Assembly: GCF_009914755.1 (NCBI RefSeq)
Contig: NC_060941.1
Reading direction: 5' to 3' (one strand)
DNA: 64,000 nt
Origin: the human T2T-CHM13v2.0 reference genome, Homo sapiens
The notes under the pieces are model-generated. The model saw nothing but the letters and a program-made list of their open reading frames with translations. It did not search any database and had not been told where the DNA came from. Shown piece by piece: positions 47,591-64,000 of the stretch. Positions within the stretch are counted from its first letter, which is position 1, and every line of letters starts with the position of its first letter. The position numbers and the translations under genes were made by a program.

Positions 47591-48354
47591 AAAATGAAAG
47601 AGAAGTATTCTGCAATCGGGAAAGCATGTCCACAGCCTTCCAGGGCAGCTGGGCCCTTTCCCCCTGAGGGTGGGTGGGATGCCTCTGGAGAAGTGCCTGG
47701 TCCTGATGAACCTCCACCTCCCCATTAGGTCACCCACTCTGCTTTCAGCAGCAGCCATCATCCCCTGCACATGCTCCTTCCGGTCTAGAGTGGACCCAAG
47801 GCCAAGACACTGAGGGAGTGTGATAATCCAACCAGGTAGAGCAATTTGCAAAAACTCTACTCCTTAAAGCGCCGAGGAGAAGCAGCCCTGGTGCTTTAGT
47901 AAGGGTGCTTCTGGAAACAAGGCTGGCCTTCTGCCACTGCCTGCCATAACGAAGAGTCGAGAGGCCACCAGCTAGCCGAGTGACACTGGGCAGGCTTCTG
48001 TACCTCTCTGAGCTTCCAGCTTAAAATGAGCTGGGAGTGGGAGGAGGGAGCAGCAGCGCAGGGTCTTCAACCTCATGACTCCGGGATGTGCAACTTTTCC
48101 CTGCTACCACCACCTCCTTTTTCTACATTCCTCTTGGATATTGCTGAAGCCCCAGGGCCAGACAGAAGTTACTGATTCCCAGGTCTGGCACATGGAATAA
48201 CCCTGTCACTTTCATTCTGTACACCTGGCCACCACCCAGAAAGCCCGCAGTCCCCAAGACAGAATGCCTAGATTCTGGTCTTCAAGGAGCTAGGGGCCTT
48301 GAACAAATCTTGGACCTTTCTGGGGCTCATTTCTAAATGTCAAAATCAAGTGTT

Positions 48355-48530
48355 ATCTAGAAAGACTGAAATTAAAAAGAATGACAATACCAAGTGCCGA
48401 CAAGGATGCAGAGCAACTGGAATTCTCACACGTTGCTCGTGCGAACACAAAATGGTATGGTCCTTCTGCAGAGCAGTGTGGCAGTTTCCTGTAACATTAA
48501 ACATACATTTACCATGTGGCCCAGCGATCC
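48355..48530 (+). mobile_element. Old L1 (L1ME/MD-like) fragment
   Basis: atgacaataccaagtgccgacaaggatgcagagcaactggaattctcac. Confidence 0.75.
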
Positions 48531-48540
48531 CACATGTAGC

Positions 48541-48640
48541 CTGTGTTTCTGAACCAGGGGCGACTTTGTCCCCCCTGAGGACATTTGGCAAGCCTTGGAC
48601 ACATTTATGGGTTGTCATGACGGAGGTGGGAGAGGCTGAG
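48541..48640 (+). mobile_element. MER20, 5' half
   Basis: aggggcgactttgtcccccctgaggacatttggca. Confidence 0.8.
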
Positions 48641-49571
48641 TGAGTGCATTAGCTCCCTGCAGAGACCTCTGTTGTTTCCAAAGAGACACCTAGAACCAAG
48701 AGTATCTCTGACCTAAGCTGAGGGCTAGAGAGTGGCCTTGGCTGTGCAAATCCACCGAAGGCTCTGTAAATGGTCTCCCTTCTGACCCAGCCCAAGCTCC
48801 TAAGCCAGGACCAAAACTGACTCTGCCAATCTGCTTCCCTCTCCTGGAGCAGTTCCCAAACCAAATGCAAACCTCATGGTTGCCCCACTGAACCCTGGAA
48901 GAACACAACTTCCTACTTACCCAGAACAACAACTTCAAAGCCACTTTGCGTGGTTGCTGGCTCCGAAGCCACACAGAGATGACGGATTACAAGGAAGAAA
49001 TCAGAACCATATGGATTTCATATTCAGCAAAATAAACAGAATTACAGCATTGGGGTTGGGCTCAAGAAACCAGGGGACTGTGTGTTTGGCCCAGAGCCCA
49101 GGCTTGGTGGCCCCCAGCATGGGCTGGGCTCTCCTGGCCTCTCCTCCCCACCCATGACTCCCACAAACAGCGCCAGGGGCGTCCAGCCTGCTGTCTGCCC
49201 CTCCTTGCCAAGGCCCCAGCAAGCAATCCTGCTTCGGCTGACATTTTCGTGTTTTATTGAGTTTTTTTATATCCTCTTTTATGGCACAGTTGAAGATAGT
49301 TCAGCTTCTTTTCTAGCTTCGTCCAAAGATGCACACAAGCACCGACAGGAATGCGGTGTCGTTAATGACAGTGTGACAGCTCTGGAGCCTCTGGGGGGAA
49401 GCTGTAGGAAGGGGCAGCTGTGGCACCCACCCCCTTTCAGGCCCCTGGTTCATTTCTCCCACAGCGAACTGTGCTGGGCGTTCCCACTCCCAGCCTCCCT
49501 CTCAGGCCAGAACAGAGGAACTCTTTCCTCTCCTGGTTTCTAGGGGAACAATATGGCACTCCATGTGTAGC

Positions 49572-50290
<719 letters not shown>

Positions 50291-50964
50291 TTAAAAACAT
50301 AAAACACATCTTGCCCATAGAAACCACACGAACACAGTGGGCACAGATCATTTAAATATCCTGATGTGAATAACTTTAAATAACACAGCTAATTCTGCTT
50401 TGCTGGTGGGTTGCTTTTTGGTCTCAGAAATCCCTGAACCAGCAAATCAGGGCTGCTCACATCCCTATTCTCTCCCTTTCCTTTCTTCTCTCCCCCAGGA
50501 GTGCTGAGCCACCATTAGCTGACACTAATTCCTAATGACCCTGCAGATCTCAGCTCCCACCGCAAATGCCCTCTCACCCCCCAGGATCCTGTGGGTAGCC
50601 GAGCAGTCCTGCACCACGTGAGTGAGGCCTGCAGTACTTGGGGCAGCCCAGGGGAAGGCAGGGATGTCCAGGGAGCTCCATCCACACTGTGCAGACATCA
50701 GGGGGCACACAGTAGGATGGACCCCTCCCCACAGCAAAGGCAACCCTTGCCTCGCTCTGTGCTCCCACTTACCTGCTGGCTGGGTTTGCCAGAGTGGGCC
50801 AAGAAAGGGAAGCAGAGTGGCTCTGTGGTGGTTTCATGGGGTTTCCCCTAGAGGAACAGACAGGCAGAACTTGCTAATGCCACTTCTTTGTCATTCTTGC
50901 AAAAGGAGTTCCTGCTCCTGCCTACCTCCATCAAAATAATAGGCAACGGCATGGTGGCACCTGG

Positions 50965-51021
50965 CACGTGTGTGTGCGCGCGCACGCGTTTGTGTGTCTG
51001 TGTGTGTGTGTGCGTGCGCAT
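50965..51021. repeat. (TG)n/(CG)n mixed tract
   Basis: Direct reading; CA-rich on the GAS7 pre-mRNA strand. Confidence 0.88.
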
Positions 51022-52239
51022 GATACTCACAAAGACGTCCCCATGTCCTACACCTCAGGAGGACCCCTTCCATCCTGCTCTCTCTGCTGAGGAAACCTCT
51101 TATTTAACTTCTCAGTTGCAATGATCCACCATTTTCTGCCAAAGCTACCATCTCTGCTCCAAAGCAGAGAAGCAGCAGCTCCGGCAAAACCCTGACAAAT
51201 CATCTAGTTTCTATGATTATGCTTATTCCAGAGAATGAATTCAAGGTTCAAACAGTTCGGCAGTTTGCCCCAGGCAAACTGGGGCAGAGTGCATACACTT
51301 AAACAGCTAATAATGGCGGTGCCGAGATCAGGGTGTCAGGGTGAGGATCTCATCCAAGGTCAGGCTGCTAACAAGATACGACACTGAGGGCTCAGCCCTG
51401 CACATCTGGCTCTGGAACTCTTAACTCATCACCTCCACTCTAACCTGTTCACCACGGCAGCTTCCTGACCACCGTCTAGTATGGCTCCACCCTGGGTCAC
51501 CCTCCCTGGTCAAATGCTTCCTTCAAGACACTCAGGTCATGGGCTTCCCCTTGCACGGGTGGTGAGGGGGGCAGAGGAAGCATCTTTTTTTCATCCAGCC
51601 ACAGCAGTTTCTTTGTTGCCTCAATGCCCCTAGTGAGTCACCTCCTCCAAAGGCCATTGCCAAAGAGAGCACCATTTTAGCACGAGCGCTCGTCCCCACT
51701 TCCCTTTTCCATTTCCCAACATGGCCCTCACCAGCTCGAACATTAGTCACACACGTGCCAACAGAAGTTCAAAGATGCTCCGATAATGTGATTTGTAAAC
51801 ACGAAGTCCCAGCAGCGGCGGCTGCTGCAGCTTCTTGGCTCTCTCACTCAATCCCCTACACCTTCTGGGGCCTCCCAGATTGACGTTTTCATTTCCCAGG
51901 CTCCACAACACGCAGGGACTGTGAGTCTGCTTTTCACACGTGGGAGTCTCGTGCCAGAGGCTGGGGCAGAGGAAAAGCCTCACAGCATGATCTGGCATTT
52001 CCAAGCACACCGTGGGGGTCTGTGACCTACAAAGCACAGCAGGCTCTCGTAGCATCTGTATGCTGTGTGGGCCTGCCCAGCAGGCCATACGCACCCCGGC
52101 TTCTGAAAGAAGCACCCTGATTTTTCTACTGTGGAACCACCTCACCTCATTCTCAGCCCTCGAGGTTTCCGGGAGCAAGTGGCTCCTGCCTGGCCAATTA
52201 GCACGTGCCCTCTCCCCAACCACGGTACTAGTTCACGAA

Positions 52240-53455
52240 GGGGCATATTACCCATCTGGGGCTGGATACCTAGAATTTGGTTTTGGAATTACTGGGGAAA
52301 GATGTATTACTATGACAAGATGCAAGCCTGAAGCTGCTGATGGTCACGCTGACAACTCGCAGAAGTCTCACTGAGAATGGAGCCAATGCAGAAGGAAGAG
52401 GGCTGATGAGGAAGACAGGGAATCAGAGATAGAGAAACATCAGACTGCTGACACTGTTTGTTTAAGCCACTTGATCAAACCATGCCTGAAGCTGAACTTC
52501 CTGGGACTGTTCCTTTTTTGTCTGAATCCAATTTGAGTGGGATTTCTTTTCACTGGATCTCGCTCTGTCCCCAGGCTGAAGTACAGTGGTACAATCATAG
52601 CTCACTGCAGCCTCAAACTCCTAGGCTCAAGTGATCCTCAGCCTCTCAAGTACCTGGGACTACAGGTGTGTGCCACCACACCTAGTGAATTTATTTTTTA
52701 TTTATACAGATGGGGTCTCACTACGTTGCTGAGGCTGGTCTCAAACTCCTGGGCTCAAGTGATTCTTTTGCCTTGACCTCCCAAAGAGCTGGGATTACAG
52801 GTCTAAGCCTGAATAGGATTTCTGTAACATTTAATAGAAAGAGTCCTGGCTAATAGTTCCTTGGTAAAGGGCAAGGTATACAGATAGCAACAATCAAAAC
52901 TAAAGAACATAAAGCAGGGAGAATTTAGAGATTTGGTTCCTTTCTTGAGCCTGCACTTGTGGGTAAGCTTCTCTTCCAAAGATATCTGCATTTCTAAAAA
53001 CCTTCCTTTGGCCACTATAACACTTGGTGTCTTAAAGCAACAGAAATGTATTCTCTCACAGTTCTGGATGCCAAGCTTCCAAAAATTAGTATCACTGAGC
53101 TGAAATCAAGGTATTGATAGGGCCATACTCCTCCCAGAGGGTCAAGGGGAGAACTCAGTCCTTGACTCTTTCAGCTCCTGGTAGCCGCTGGCATTCCTTG
53201 GCTTGTGGCTGCATCACTCAAATCCTACCTCCCCAATCATACCCTTTGTCTTCTATCTACAGTCAAATCTCCTTCAGCTTCTCTCTTATAAAGATGCTTG
53301 TGATTACATTTAGGGCTTACTCAGATAACCCAGGAAAACCTTCTCAATTCAAGATCCTTAACGTCATTGTACCTGCAAAGACTCTTTTCTAAATAAAATA
53401 ACATTCCCAGGTTCTGGGGATTAGGACGTAGACAATCTTGGAGAGCCACTATCAG
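52240..53455. mobile_element. MLT1-family LTR fragments (~52240-52550 and ~53010-53455) with an AluJ (-, ~52555-52803)
   Basis: catgcctgaagct; aacagaaatgtattctctcacagttctgg; ggttctggggattaggac. Confidence 0.72.
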
Positions 53456-53913
53456 CTGCCCTCATCAGGCCAAGTTGGACCATGGATCAGAAATGTTGCT
53501 GTCAATACCTCTGATGCTTCCCCAGGTCCTCCTGGCTGGGACCTCTGGGGCCAACTGTGCCAGTCACATAACACTGGAAGAAGAAATAGCCAGAATGTTG
53601 GAGCTGGACTCAGAGTGGAAGATATGCAAGAGCACAGAGTGCCAGGGAGGTTCAGCAGGATTGGGAGCCCCAAAGGAGGTCTATCCGGAGTCAAGTTAGG
53701 GGGCTGTATGCTTGGGGCCAAAATGTAACTTGACCTTGAGATAAGATGAAGGGAATTACAGTATACCCCTCTCCATAACCCCATTTCCCCAGTGACCAGA
53801 TTGCTATGGCGTAGGGTAGGAAGGCACCATCTGTAGTGGAAATGGGAGGGAGAGGAAAGTAGGGACTGAAGAAGCGCAAGAGAGACTGTGACAAGGAGCC
53901 AAGGCCAGGCTAA

Positions 53914-54420
<507 letters not shown>

Positions 54421-54762
54421 TGAGATGTGACTGTCATTCTGCAGGACATCAGGACAGCCTTTCTCTGCTTGGATTGGCTCCTGGGGTCACTGAATTTTGG
54501 AGTCAGGGGGAGCATTTCTAGGTCACCAAGTCCTGACAGTGTAGTGGTGAAGAGAGTAGACTTGGGAGCCAGACTGCCTGGGTTCAAATCCATGCTTTCC
54601 CAGGACAAGTTGCTTGATCTAGCTGGACAATCTCAAGTCAGCAATTCCCGTGAAGACAAAAAATAATAATGATGATGTAAGTATTAATAATAATACCTGT
54701 TACAAGGATCAAGTGAGTTAATAATGTACACAAAGCATTAAAAATTGGCCTCTCTTTGCTGA

Positions 54763-55239
<477 letters not shown>

Positions 55240-56084
55240 AAGTGCCCCATTTCTGAGCTTACCTCAGCCCTATACCCCCACCCCCTCTGGCTAGGGGGTA
55301 ATCAGAAGGAAGACCAATAGGACCAATGCTGAATACCTGCCTGGTGATTCACACAGAATAATCAGGCCAACCTCAAGCTAGGAATGTCTGCAAACACCTG
55401 TCCTAGTCCCCCTACACCATGACAGTTCTTTGAAAATACAGCCCAGACACTCTCCATTAACCCTGCCCAGCCCTGGTTCAGGGTGGGCCTGATCGGAGAC
55501 CATTAACCATCTCCTGTAAGTCTAAACAGAGGCTCAGACCGGGAGAAATAGATTCATACATAACTGAATCAGGTCCTTCGGAGGAAAGTTGATATCAACA
55601 TTCCTTAACCTTGACACTAACCACTGAGGTGTGGTCACTGTTACGTTTTGTAAAGAATCGGGGTGTGGCCTCTCTGATATTATAGGTCCAAACCAATGGT
55701 CTCTACCTTGGTCATTCCCATGAAAACTATTTTGGGATTGTGCTCTGTCCTTCAGAGGCTTAACACAAACCATACCTGAGACTTCAGCCACACATAAACA
55801 CACTCCAATACTTCCTCCCAAACCTTTTAAGCTGCTTTGTACGAAGCACAGTGACATCACACAGCACCCCAAAGAGGGACAGGCACCCCCATATGCACTT
55901 GATAGGCCGGCTCTTCCCAGAAGCATCATCAACTCCTTCAGGGCGCTTCCCTAAGTTTGATCCTAGGAGAACTTCTGCGGAACCTTTGCTAGAAAGCCCC
56001 TGACCCATTGAACCAGGATGACCCACTGACCCAGATGAAGCCCTGGGTTTCCTTCCCTGACCTGAAGACAGAGGCAGGCTATGC

Positions 56085-56941
<857 letters not shown>

Positions 56942-57962
56942 CATGTCCGTGGAATGGTTACTTGAAGGGATTTCCCCTTTTGTCTGCCCATCCAGTGGCA
57001 GAATCCTGCCACTAAATCCTCAACAGGTGACAAGCCTCTCAAACACTTGTGCGGACAGAGAGCTCACTCCCTCACAAAGCTTCCTCTTCCATGTTGGCCT
57101 GTGATCCTTGCTAGTCCAGGAACACCAGCCTCTGAGTTCAGTATTTCATGCCAATAAACACTTCACATAATAACCACCACTACTATGATGTTGGGTCAGG
57201 CCTTGGGCCAAGCACATGACAAGCATGAGCTCATTTAATATTAATGTTTTATGATGGAGTCAACTATGCCTTAGAGACGCAAAGCGACTTGCCCAAGGTC
57301 ACAGTGTTAATGGGTTTGAACTGTGGTCCATTTGACCCCACAGCCGGAGACCCTGAACCTCCCACACCCAGTATCTCCCGGGAGCCTATCTTTCACTGAT
57401 CACCATTCTAATTTTCAGCATACTCTCATACCACTTTTTCCTCTTATTTGCTAATATTTTTAGTTGACTCACTTTTTTCTTTTAAAAATTGCACTGAACA
57501 GAAAATTGATGTGAGTCTGTGAATGGAAAACTAGTGACATTTGCCAGAAATCTATAATAACCATAAAAATAACCACAACAAACACCAAGCAATGTTATTC
57601 AATCTTTGCTGGATACTGCTACCTGCTGAGGCCTGCCCTCACCCGGCACCTCCCAAAACTTTCTCCTCAATGTAATCAGAAGCAAGGAGAGAACTGCAAA
57701 AGGAATACCCTTCTCTTGATGTGATTCACTGGTACTGAAAGTCTCGTCCAGAGACCACCTAAACCCATCTTGGCACAGCATCTCGGGAAATGCTATACTA
57801 GACCATAGGCACTAGATGACCTGCCCTGTTGAGCTCATTAGTCCCAGCAGGGACTCCTAGCTTTCTATGCACCCCACTCCTCTATCCCCAGTCTTGAGGT
57901 TTGTTCCATCTCCTTCCTCTCTCATTCATTCTCATTTATTCGCCAACTTTTGTGGCCACTAA

Positions 57963-58409
<447 letters not shown>

Positions 58410-58588
58410 TAGCCTGGTCTTGCAGAGAGAAAATGCCAGCAAAGATGCCGTCCCTCCTGCCCTATTCTAAATCTAGAGTCTAGGGAGAGGGAGGCAGAGG
58501 CAGAATGGGGACATCACAACCTATGGGACAGAGGTTGGGGTGGTGGCGAAGGAAGAGCATACAGAGAGTAGAAGTCAGAAATGTGCTA

Positions 58589-58665
58589 TTAGGTTGGTGC
58601 AAAAGTAATTGTGTTTTTTGCCATTAAAAATGGACAAAATAGCAATTACTTTTGCACCAACCTAA
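58589..58665. mobile_element. MADE1 (Hsmar1-derived MITE)
   Basis: TA|ttaggttggtgcaaaagtaattg...caattacttttgcaccaacctaa palindrome. Confidence 0.93.
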
Positions 58666-59293
58666 ATATTTCTCTAGAAACCAGGGACTCCCACATCCCC
58701 ATCCCTGTCTGACTCCTACACAATCCTCTGGCCTGGCATCTGGAACACCTGCTCAGCCCAATCATGAACTCAAAGGAGCCACCTGACTGGGTCAGAGGGT
58801 CCCACACAGAAGCCAGTTGGTGGGGTGTTCCCAGCCAGCAGGACCCCAAAAAACTCCAAGCAGAGAGAGCCAGTGAGGCGACTTGAGAGCTCAGGCTCAT
58901 GAGGCAAACAGAGCTGTGTTTGAGTCCCGACTCCACCATCCCCTTGGGCAAGTGGCTTTGCACATCTGAGAAATGGAACCAAAAATATCACATACTACTC
59001 AGGGTTGTTGTGGGAAGATGCGAATCACCCTGGGTCTGTGCCCAGGATACATTATTTTCCCAGAGCTGGCTGTAGGACTGGGGCCACAAGAACAGAAAAT
59101 GGGTGAAGGCAAAGTACAAGTATAGTCACCCCCATGTCACAGAGAACAGCCAGACATGAGGAGGTGGGTGCAATCGGAGGCAGCGCAGACAGCCGAGGGC
59201 TCACCCTGCAGACCAGAGGCTGCCTACAGGACCACTGGATGTGCTTTGCTTGACCTGCAGACCTTTTTAAAAAAAAGTTTTGACTTAGCTTCA

Positions 59294-59693
<400 letters not shown>

Positions 59694-61199
59694 TCAGGTG
59701 GACCATACTGCAGGTGCTATCGACAGGATGAGGAGAAATGCTGCCACGTTCTCCACCATTCTCTATCACAGTAGTCTGCAACCCTGGCTGCCCATGAGAA
59801 TCACCTGAGAGCTTAGAAATGCCCTAGGAAGCCCCTGTCCCATTAAACCAGGATCCCTAGGGCTGGAGGTAGGGGGCTGATCTGAAGTCATTGGCCCTGA
59901 GGAAGCACCTCTACCTGCCTCACTCAGCGCTATTACCTGCCGGGCCCAGACACTATCTGCCCCGATACCTGGTTCAGGCAAGATTCAGGAATAAGGAAAG
60001 ACTGGGGCCCCAGAAGACAAACCCAGCACCCAGGCCCCTGCTGGCAGCCCCAGCTTTAACTTAGTCCACTCCACAATGTCTTCACTGGAGGGGATGAGGA
60101 GCTGGCTTGGCATCCCTGTTCCCCTCCCCCAGCCTTCGCCCATGGCTGCATTACCTCTGTCCACCCTGAGAAGGACAAAGCTCCTGAAGGCCAAGACTCT
60201 GTGTAGAGAAGAGCCAAGGCAGGAGTCCCATGAGCATTCAAGTTCCAGGTTCTCCTGCTGTCTAACAGATGCTTCTGCCTTCAAATATGCTTTCTGTAAA
60301 ACCCTAGAGCCACACCATCGCCTTAGAAACCTCTGGTTCCATCCCTCTCTGATAGAAGCATCTATCTGTCCACAACCCTACCCCGATCCACAGGAGTCAA
60401 TATAAATGTAAGGTAAAGAACAGACCAGACGGCTTGCCAGCACCGTTTCCGAGACGTGATGGGGAGAGAGGCTCGGGGAAGTGCTGGCGCCCATAGTCTG
60501 TCTGGCCCCAGGATTGGTGCATTAGTGGCTTATCTGCAATTTGGGGTATTTCCCACTGGTTTTGTGCCATTTCTCTAAAAATGGGGAACTAAAAAAAAAA
60601 GAAAACAAAAACAAAAAAACAAGAAAGTGGTGTCATCACTCCCAGGTCCATTCCATCATTCTAAGTAAATGGAGCAAAGTGGTCTATGTCTAACCCAGGG
60701 CAGGTGGCACGATGGAAATAGAAAAGGTGGCCCTCCCCGGCCCAGGACCAGAGTGACAGCAAGGCAAAGGCTCGCTGGAATGAGGCAAGGAAATGGGATT
60801 TTGATTGCATACACAAAGCGTGGCACAGCCAGAGAACAGTGACAAGTGACATGTGAATCACACAGATGAGGGCTTCCCAGGACTCGACGTGTCCCAACAG
60901 GCCGTGTGGCTCAGCCGGAGAAACAAGAAAATGAGGGCAGATGTAATCACTATGCAGGTACCTCAGTGAACTAATTCCACCCCAGGGGCTCTGACACAGC
61001 TGGAGACAGGCCTGTTTCGGGATGCACAGTTTAAAGTCAAGGGGCACTCCTCCCCAGCCAGTGCAGGCTTGGATCCTTCACACTCACTGGTAACAATCCT
61101 GGAAGTCAGAACACAGGACTTATTCTCCAAGCACAGGATCATTTTGCTGTCCTCAAGCACCTGGGGAGAGCAGGTGACAATCTACACCTTGCTACTGAA

Positions 61200-61355
61200 A
61201 GCCTTGCTGTTATATAAGACGTGGTCCATAGACCAGCAACACTGAGCTTGTTAGAAATGCAGCATCTGCGCCCCGCTCCCCTCAAGACCTCCTACATCAG
61301 ACTGTATAACAAGTGCTTCAGGTGAATCGTGCGCACATTAACGTTTGAGCAGCAC
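61200..61355. mobile_element. MER5A-like
   Basis: gtggtccatagaccagcaacactgagcttgttagaaatgcag...tttgagcagcact. Confidence 0.7.
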
Positions 61356-62264
61356 TAATTTAAAGCTTATGAGCTATTTTACCAGTGCACAAGGGAATTT
61401 CTAGGTACTACTAGGTACTGATCAAGTGCGTGACAGCTACACGGGCGCTTGAGGAATTTCGAGACAGTTTCAGTCGAGGCATCTCACCCTGACTTTTTTC
61501 TCAACTGAATTCAAGGCTGCAGCTACTTCCTCAGTTCTCTAACTCACTTATCAACCAAGGCAATCTCAGATGAAAATGTTTTCCCATAGCCATTGAGCCT
61601 GGCAGAGTAACATCTCAGGATGTATTTATCCACCTGTTTACTTATTTATCTGTGCTTCATGCTTACTCAAACATTTATTGGGCACCTACTATATGTCAGG
61701 CGCTGAGAATATGCAGATGAATGACCCCAGCCCTGTCCCAGGCAGAGCTTACTTTCTGGAAGAGAGAAAGATGGCAGGCAGCCACGCAGCAGTGTGATGG
61801 ACGTATGCAACGATAACAGGAGAAAGCAGGTGCTGAGAAAGGAGTGGGCGTCCAGAAAGTTCCTGGGAGGGGGGTGCTGCCCAAAGGTCATCGTAAGGAC
61901 AGGCTTTCTCCTTGCCAGGCTTTTCTCTGCTTTTCTTGCTCCCTCCCATCTTGCTTTCTGCTGGATTGATTGCATATTCTTTATTCCCCCTCCCTCCACA
62001 AACTTTGCATTTATAGAGTCTATTTATACTACTTAGGTGGTTACACTGACATTTTTAACATGTACACTTGACTTCAAGCAGAAAGCTAATCAATAGCTCT
62101 TTTCTCCTTCTGAATAATACAAAACCCTGGAAGGGTTTCACTTCGATCTCCTCCCTCCTACCTTCTCAGTGTTGGATAGCAATGAATCAGACAAAGATGC
62201 TATTTTCCCCCAAGTTCTGGAACTCCCTGGTTATTTGTTCTCTCCTGCCACTGACAATTTTCCA

Positions 62265-63230
62265 GGAAAATAAAAATTCCAAATTGACTCAAGAGGAAAT
62301 AGAAAACCTGAATAGGTCTATAACCTTCAAACGAATTGATTCGGCAGTCTAAAACCTACCTTAAAAAACTGTACCTGTCGGTGTGGTTTTACTGATAAGT
62401 TTTCTCAAATCGTTAAGAAAAAACCACTTAATCCAATCTCTTCCATAAATAGAAAACATTCAGCTCCTTTTTATAATACCCTGATATCAAGTTCAAAGAA
62501 AAACAATGGGAGAAGAAAGGAAGTAAAAGCTCCTAACCTCACTTAGAGAATAGGTGTAAAAATTCTAAATAAACATTAGCAAATCCTGGAAATGCAGAGA
62601 TATTGAAATATCAGAAAACTTATTAAACTCACCATATCAAAAGAAACTACAAAAAAAAAAAATAGGATAATCTGGATGCAGAAAAAGCACCGGACAAAAC
62701 TCGACACTCATTTGTGATTAAAACACACACACCAGGACTAAAGTCTGATAAATTATAACTATTGAAAATTAAGGGCTGGGAGCGGTGGTTCACACCTGTA
62801 ATCCCAGCACTTTAGGAGGCTGAGGTGGGCAAATCACGAGGTCAGGAGTTTGAGACCAGCCTGACCAACATGGTGAAACCCCACCCCTACTAAAAATACA
62901 AAAATTAGCCAGGCGTGGCGGCACACACCTGTAATCCCAGCTACTCAGGAGGCTGAGGCAGGAGAATCGCTTGAACCCAGGAGGCAGAGGTGCAGTAAGC
63001 TGTGATTGTGCCACTGTACTCCAGCCTGGGTGACAGAGCAAGACACTGTCTCACAAAAAAAAAAAAGAAAAAGGAAATTAAAATAAACTTCATACTTAAT
63101 GGAAAACCCTGGAAGCTTTTCTGTTAAAGTCAGGAATAAGACAATGCCATTCACCATCATGGTTTCCTTTCTGCACTGAATATATTATAACACAGTGAGG
63201 CAACAAAAAGAAATAAATAAATGAAATAAA
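62265..63230 (+). mobile_element. Ancient L1 ORF2 remnant, interrupted by AluS (~62774-63065)
   Basis: Encodes KLTQEEIENLNRSIT (L1 ORF2p motif); gatgcagaaaaagca. Confidence 0.8.
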
Positions 63231-63231
63231 G

Positions 63232-63778
63232 CCTCTAATCCCAGCACTTTGGAAGGCCGAGGTGGGAGGATCACTTGAGCTGAGGAGTTCAATACCAGCC
63301 TGGGCAATATAGCGAGACCCTACGTCTGCAAAAAATTAAGAAATTAGATGAGTGTGGTGGCACACACCTGTGGTCCCAGCTACTCAGGAGGCTGAAGAAG
63401 GAGGATCACTTGGGACCAGGAGATTGAGGCTTCAGTGAGTTATGACTGTCCCCCTGCACTCTGGCCTGGGTGACAGAGTGAGACCTTATCTCAGTTTTAA
63501 AAAAAAAAAAAAAAGGCTGGGAGCAGTGGTTCCTTCCTGTAATCCCAGCATTTTGAGAGGCTGAGGTGGGCAAATCACTTGAGGCTAGGAGTTTGAGACC
63601 AACCCCTCGACCAACATGGTGAAACCCCACCCCTACTAAAAATACAAAAATTAACCAGGCGTGGTGGCACATGCCTGTGATCCCAGCTACTTGGGAGGTT
63701 AAGGCATGAGAATCACTTGAACCCAGGAGGCAGAGGTTGTGGTGAGCCAAGAATGCACTATTGTACTCCAGCCTTGGG
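63232..63778 (+). mobile_element. Tandem AluJ (~63232-63513) and AluS (~63515-63778)
   Basis: Direct reading. Confidence 0.9.
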
Positions 63779-64000
63779 AAGGGAAGAGGGAAGGGAAAGT
63801 GGAGGGGAAGGAGAGGGGAAAGGGAAAGGGAAAACGAAGGGGGGGAATGGGAAAGGGAAGGGGAAAGGGAAAGGGAAAGGGAAGTGGAAAGGGAGAGGGA
63901 GAAGTGGGAGGGGGAGGGGAGAGGGAGAGGGAGAGGGACAGGGGGACGGGGAAGGGGAGGGGAGACGGGGAGAGGGGGAGAGGAGGAGAAGGGACGGGAG
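63776..64000 (+). repeat. GA-rich low-complexity tract (GGGAAA/GGGAGA)
   Basis: Almost entirely purine to the window end. Confidence 0.92.

Noticed and set aside
62068-62352. ORF containing KLTQEEIENLNRSIT
   Set aside because: Short dead L1 ORF2 fragment.

Overview
Hominoid (most likely human) genomic DNA, not microbial: it is Alu/L1/L2/MIR-rich and carries an SVA element. The window lies within the GAS7 gene (minus strand). The only convincing coding exon is 121 nt at 7497-7617, encoding KPGMVPPPPGEESQTVILPPGWQSYLSPQGRRYYVNTTTN (proline-rich stretch plus most of the WW domain). Higher coordinates are the very large intron separating it from the SH3-encoding first exon, which is outside the window. 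Within that intron I can read four candidate alternative 5' exons (minus-strand donors at 13870, 24144, 27452, 47394) that would splice to this phase-0 exon and give SH3-less GAS7. Two end exactly in ATG|gt. The other two share a promoter layout: an RFX X-box 43-45 bp upstream of the same TATA/MEF2 10-mer. Other notable structure: a multi-step templated insertion forming a 31-bp hairpin and copying an RFX-like site (6049-6391), an RE1/REST-like site (10383), a candidate in-frame 75-nt cassette exon (50773-50847), an SVA inserted in an AluY linker, several local non-TE duplications, a (GGAA)13 tract and a MADE1 hairpin. Repeat subfamily names are recognised by eye and many boundaries are approximate. 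The ORF track is otherwise Alu-derived or chance. I see no evidence of a wholly new gene system; the best candidates for undescribed biology are regulatory and splicing elements.
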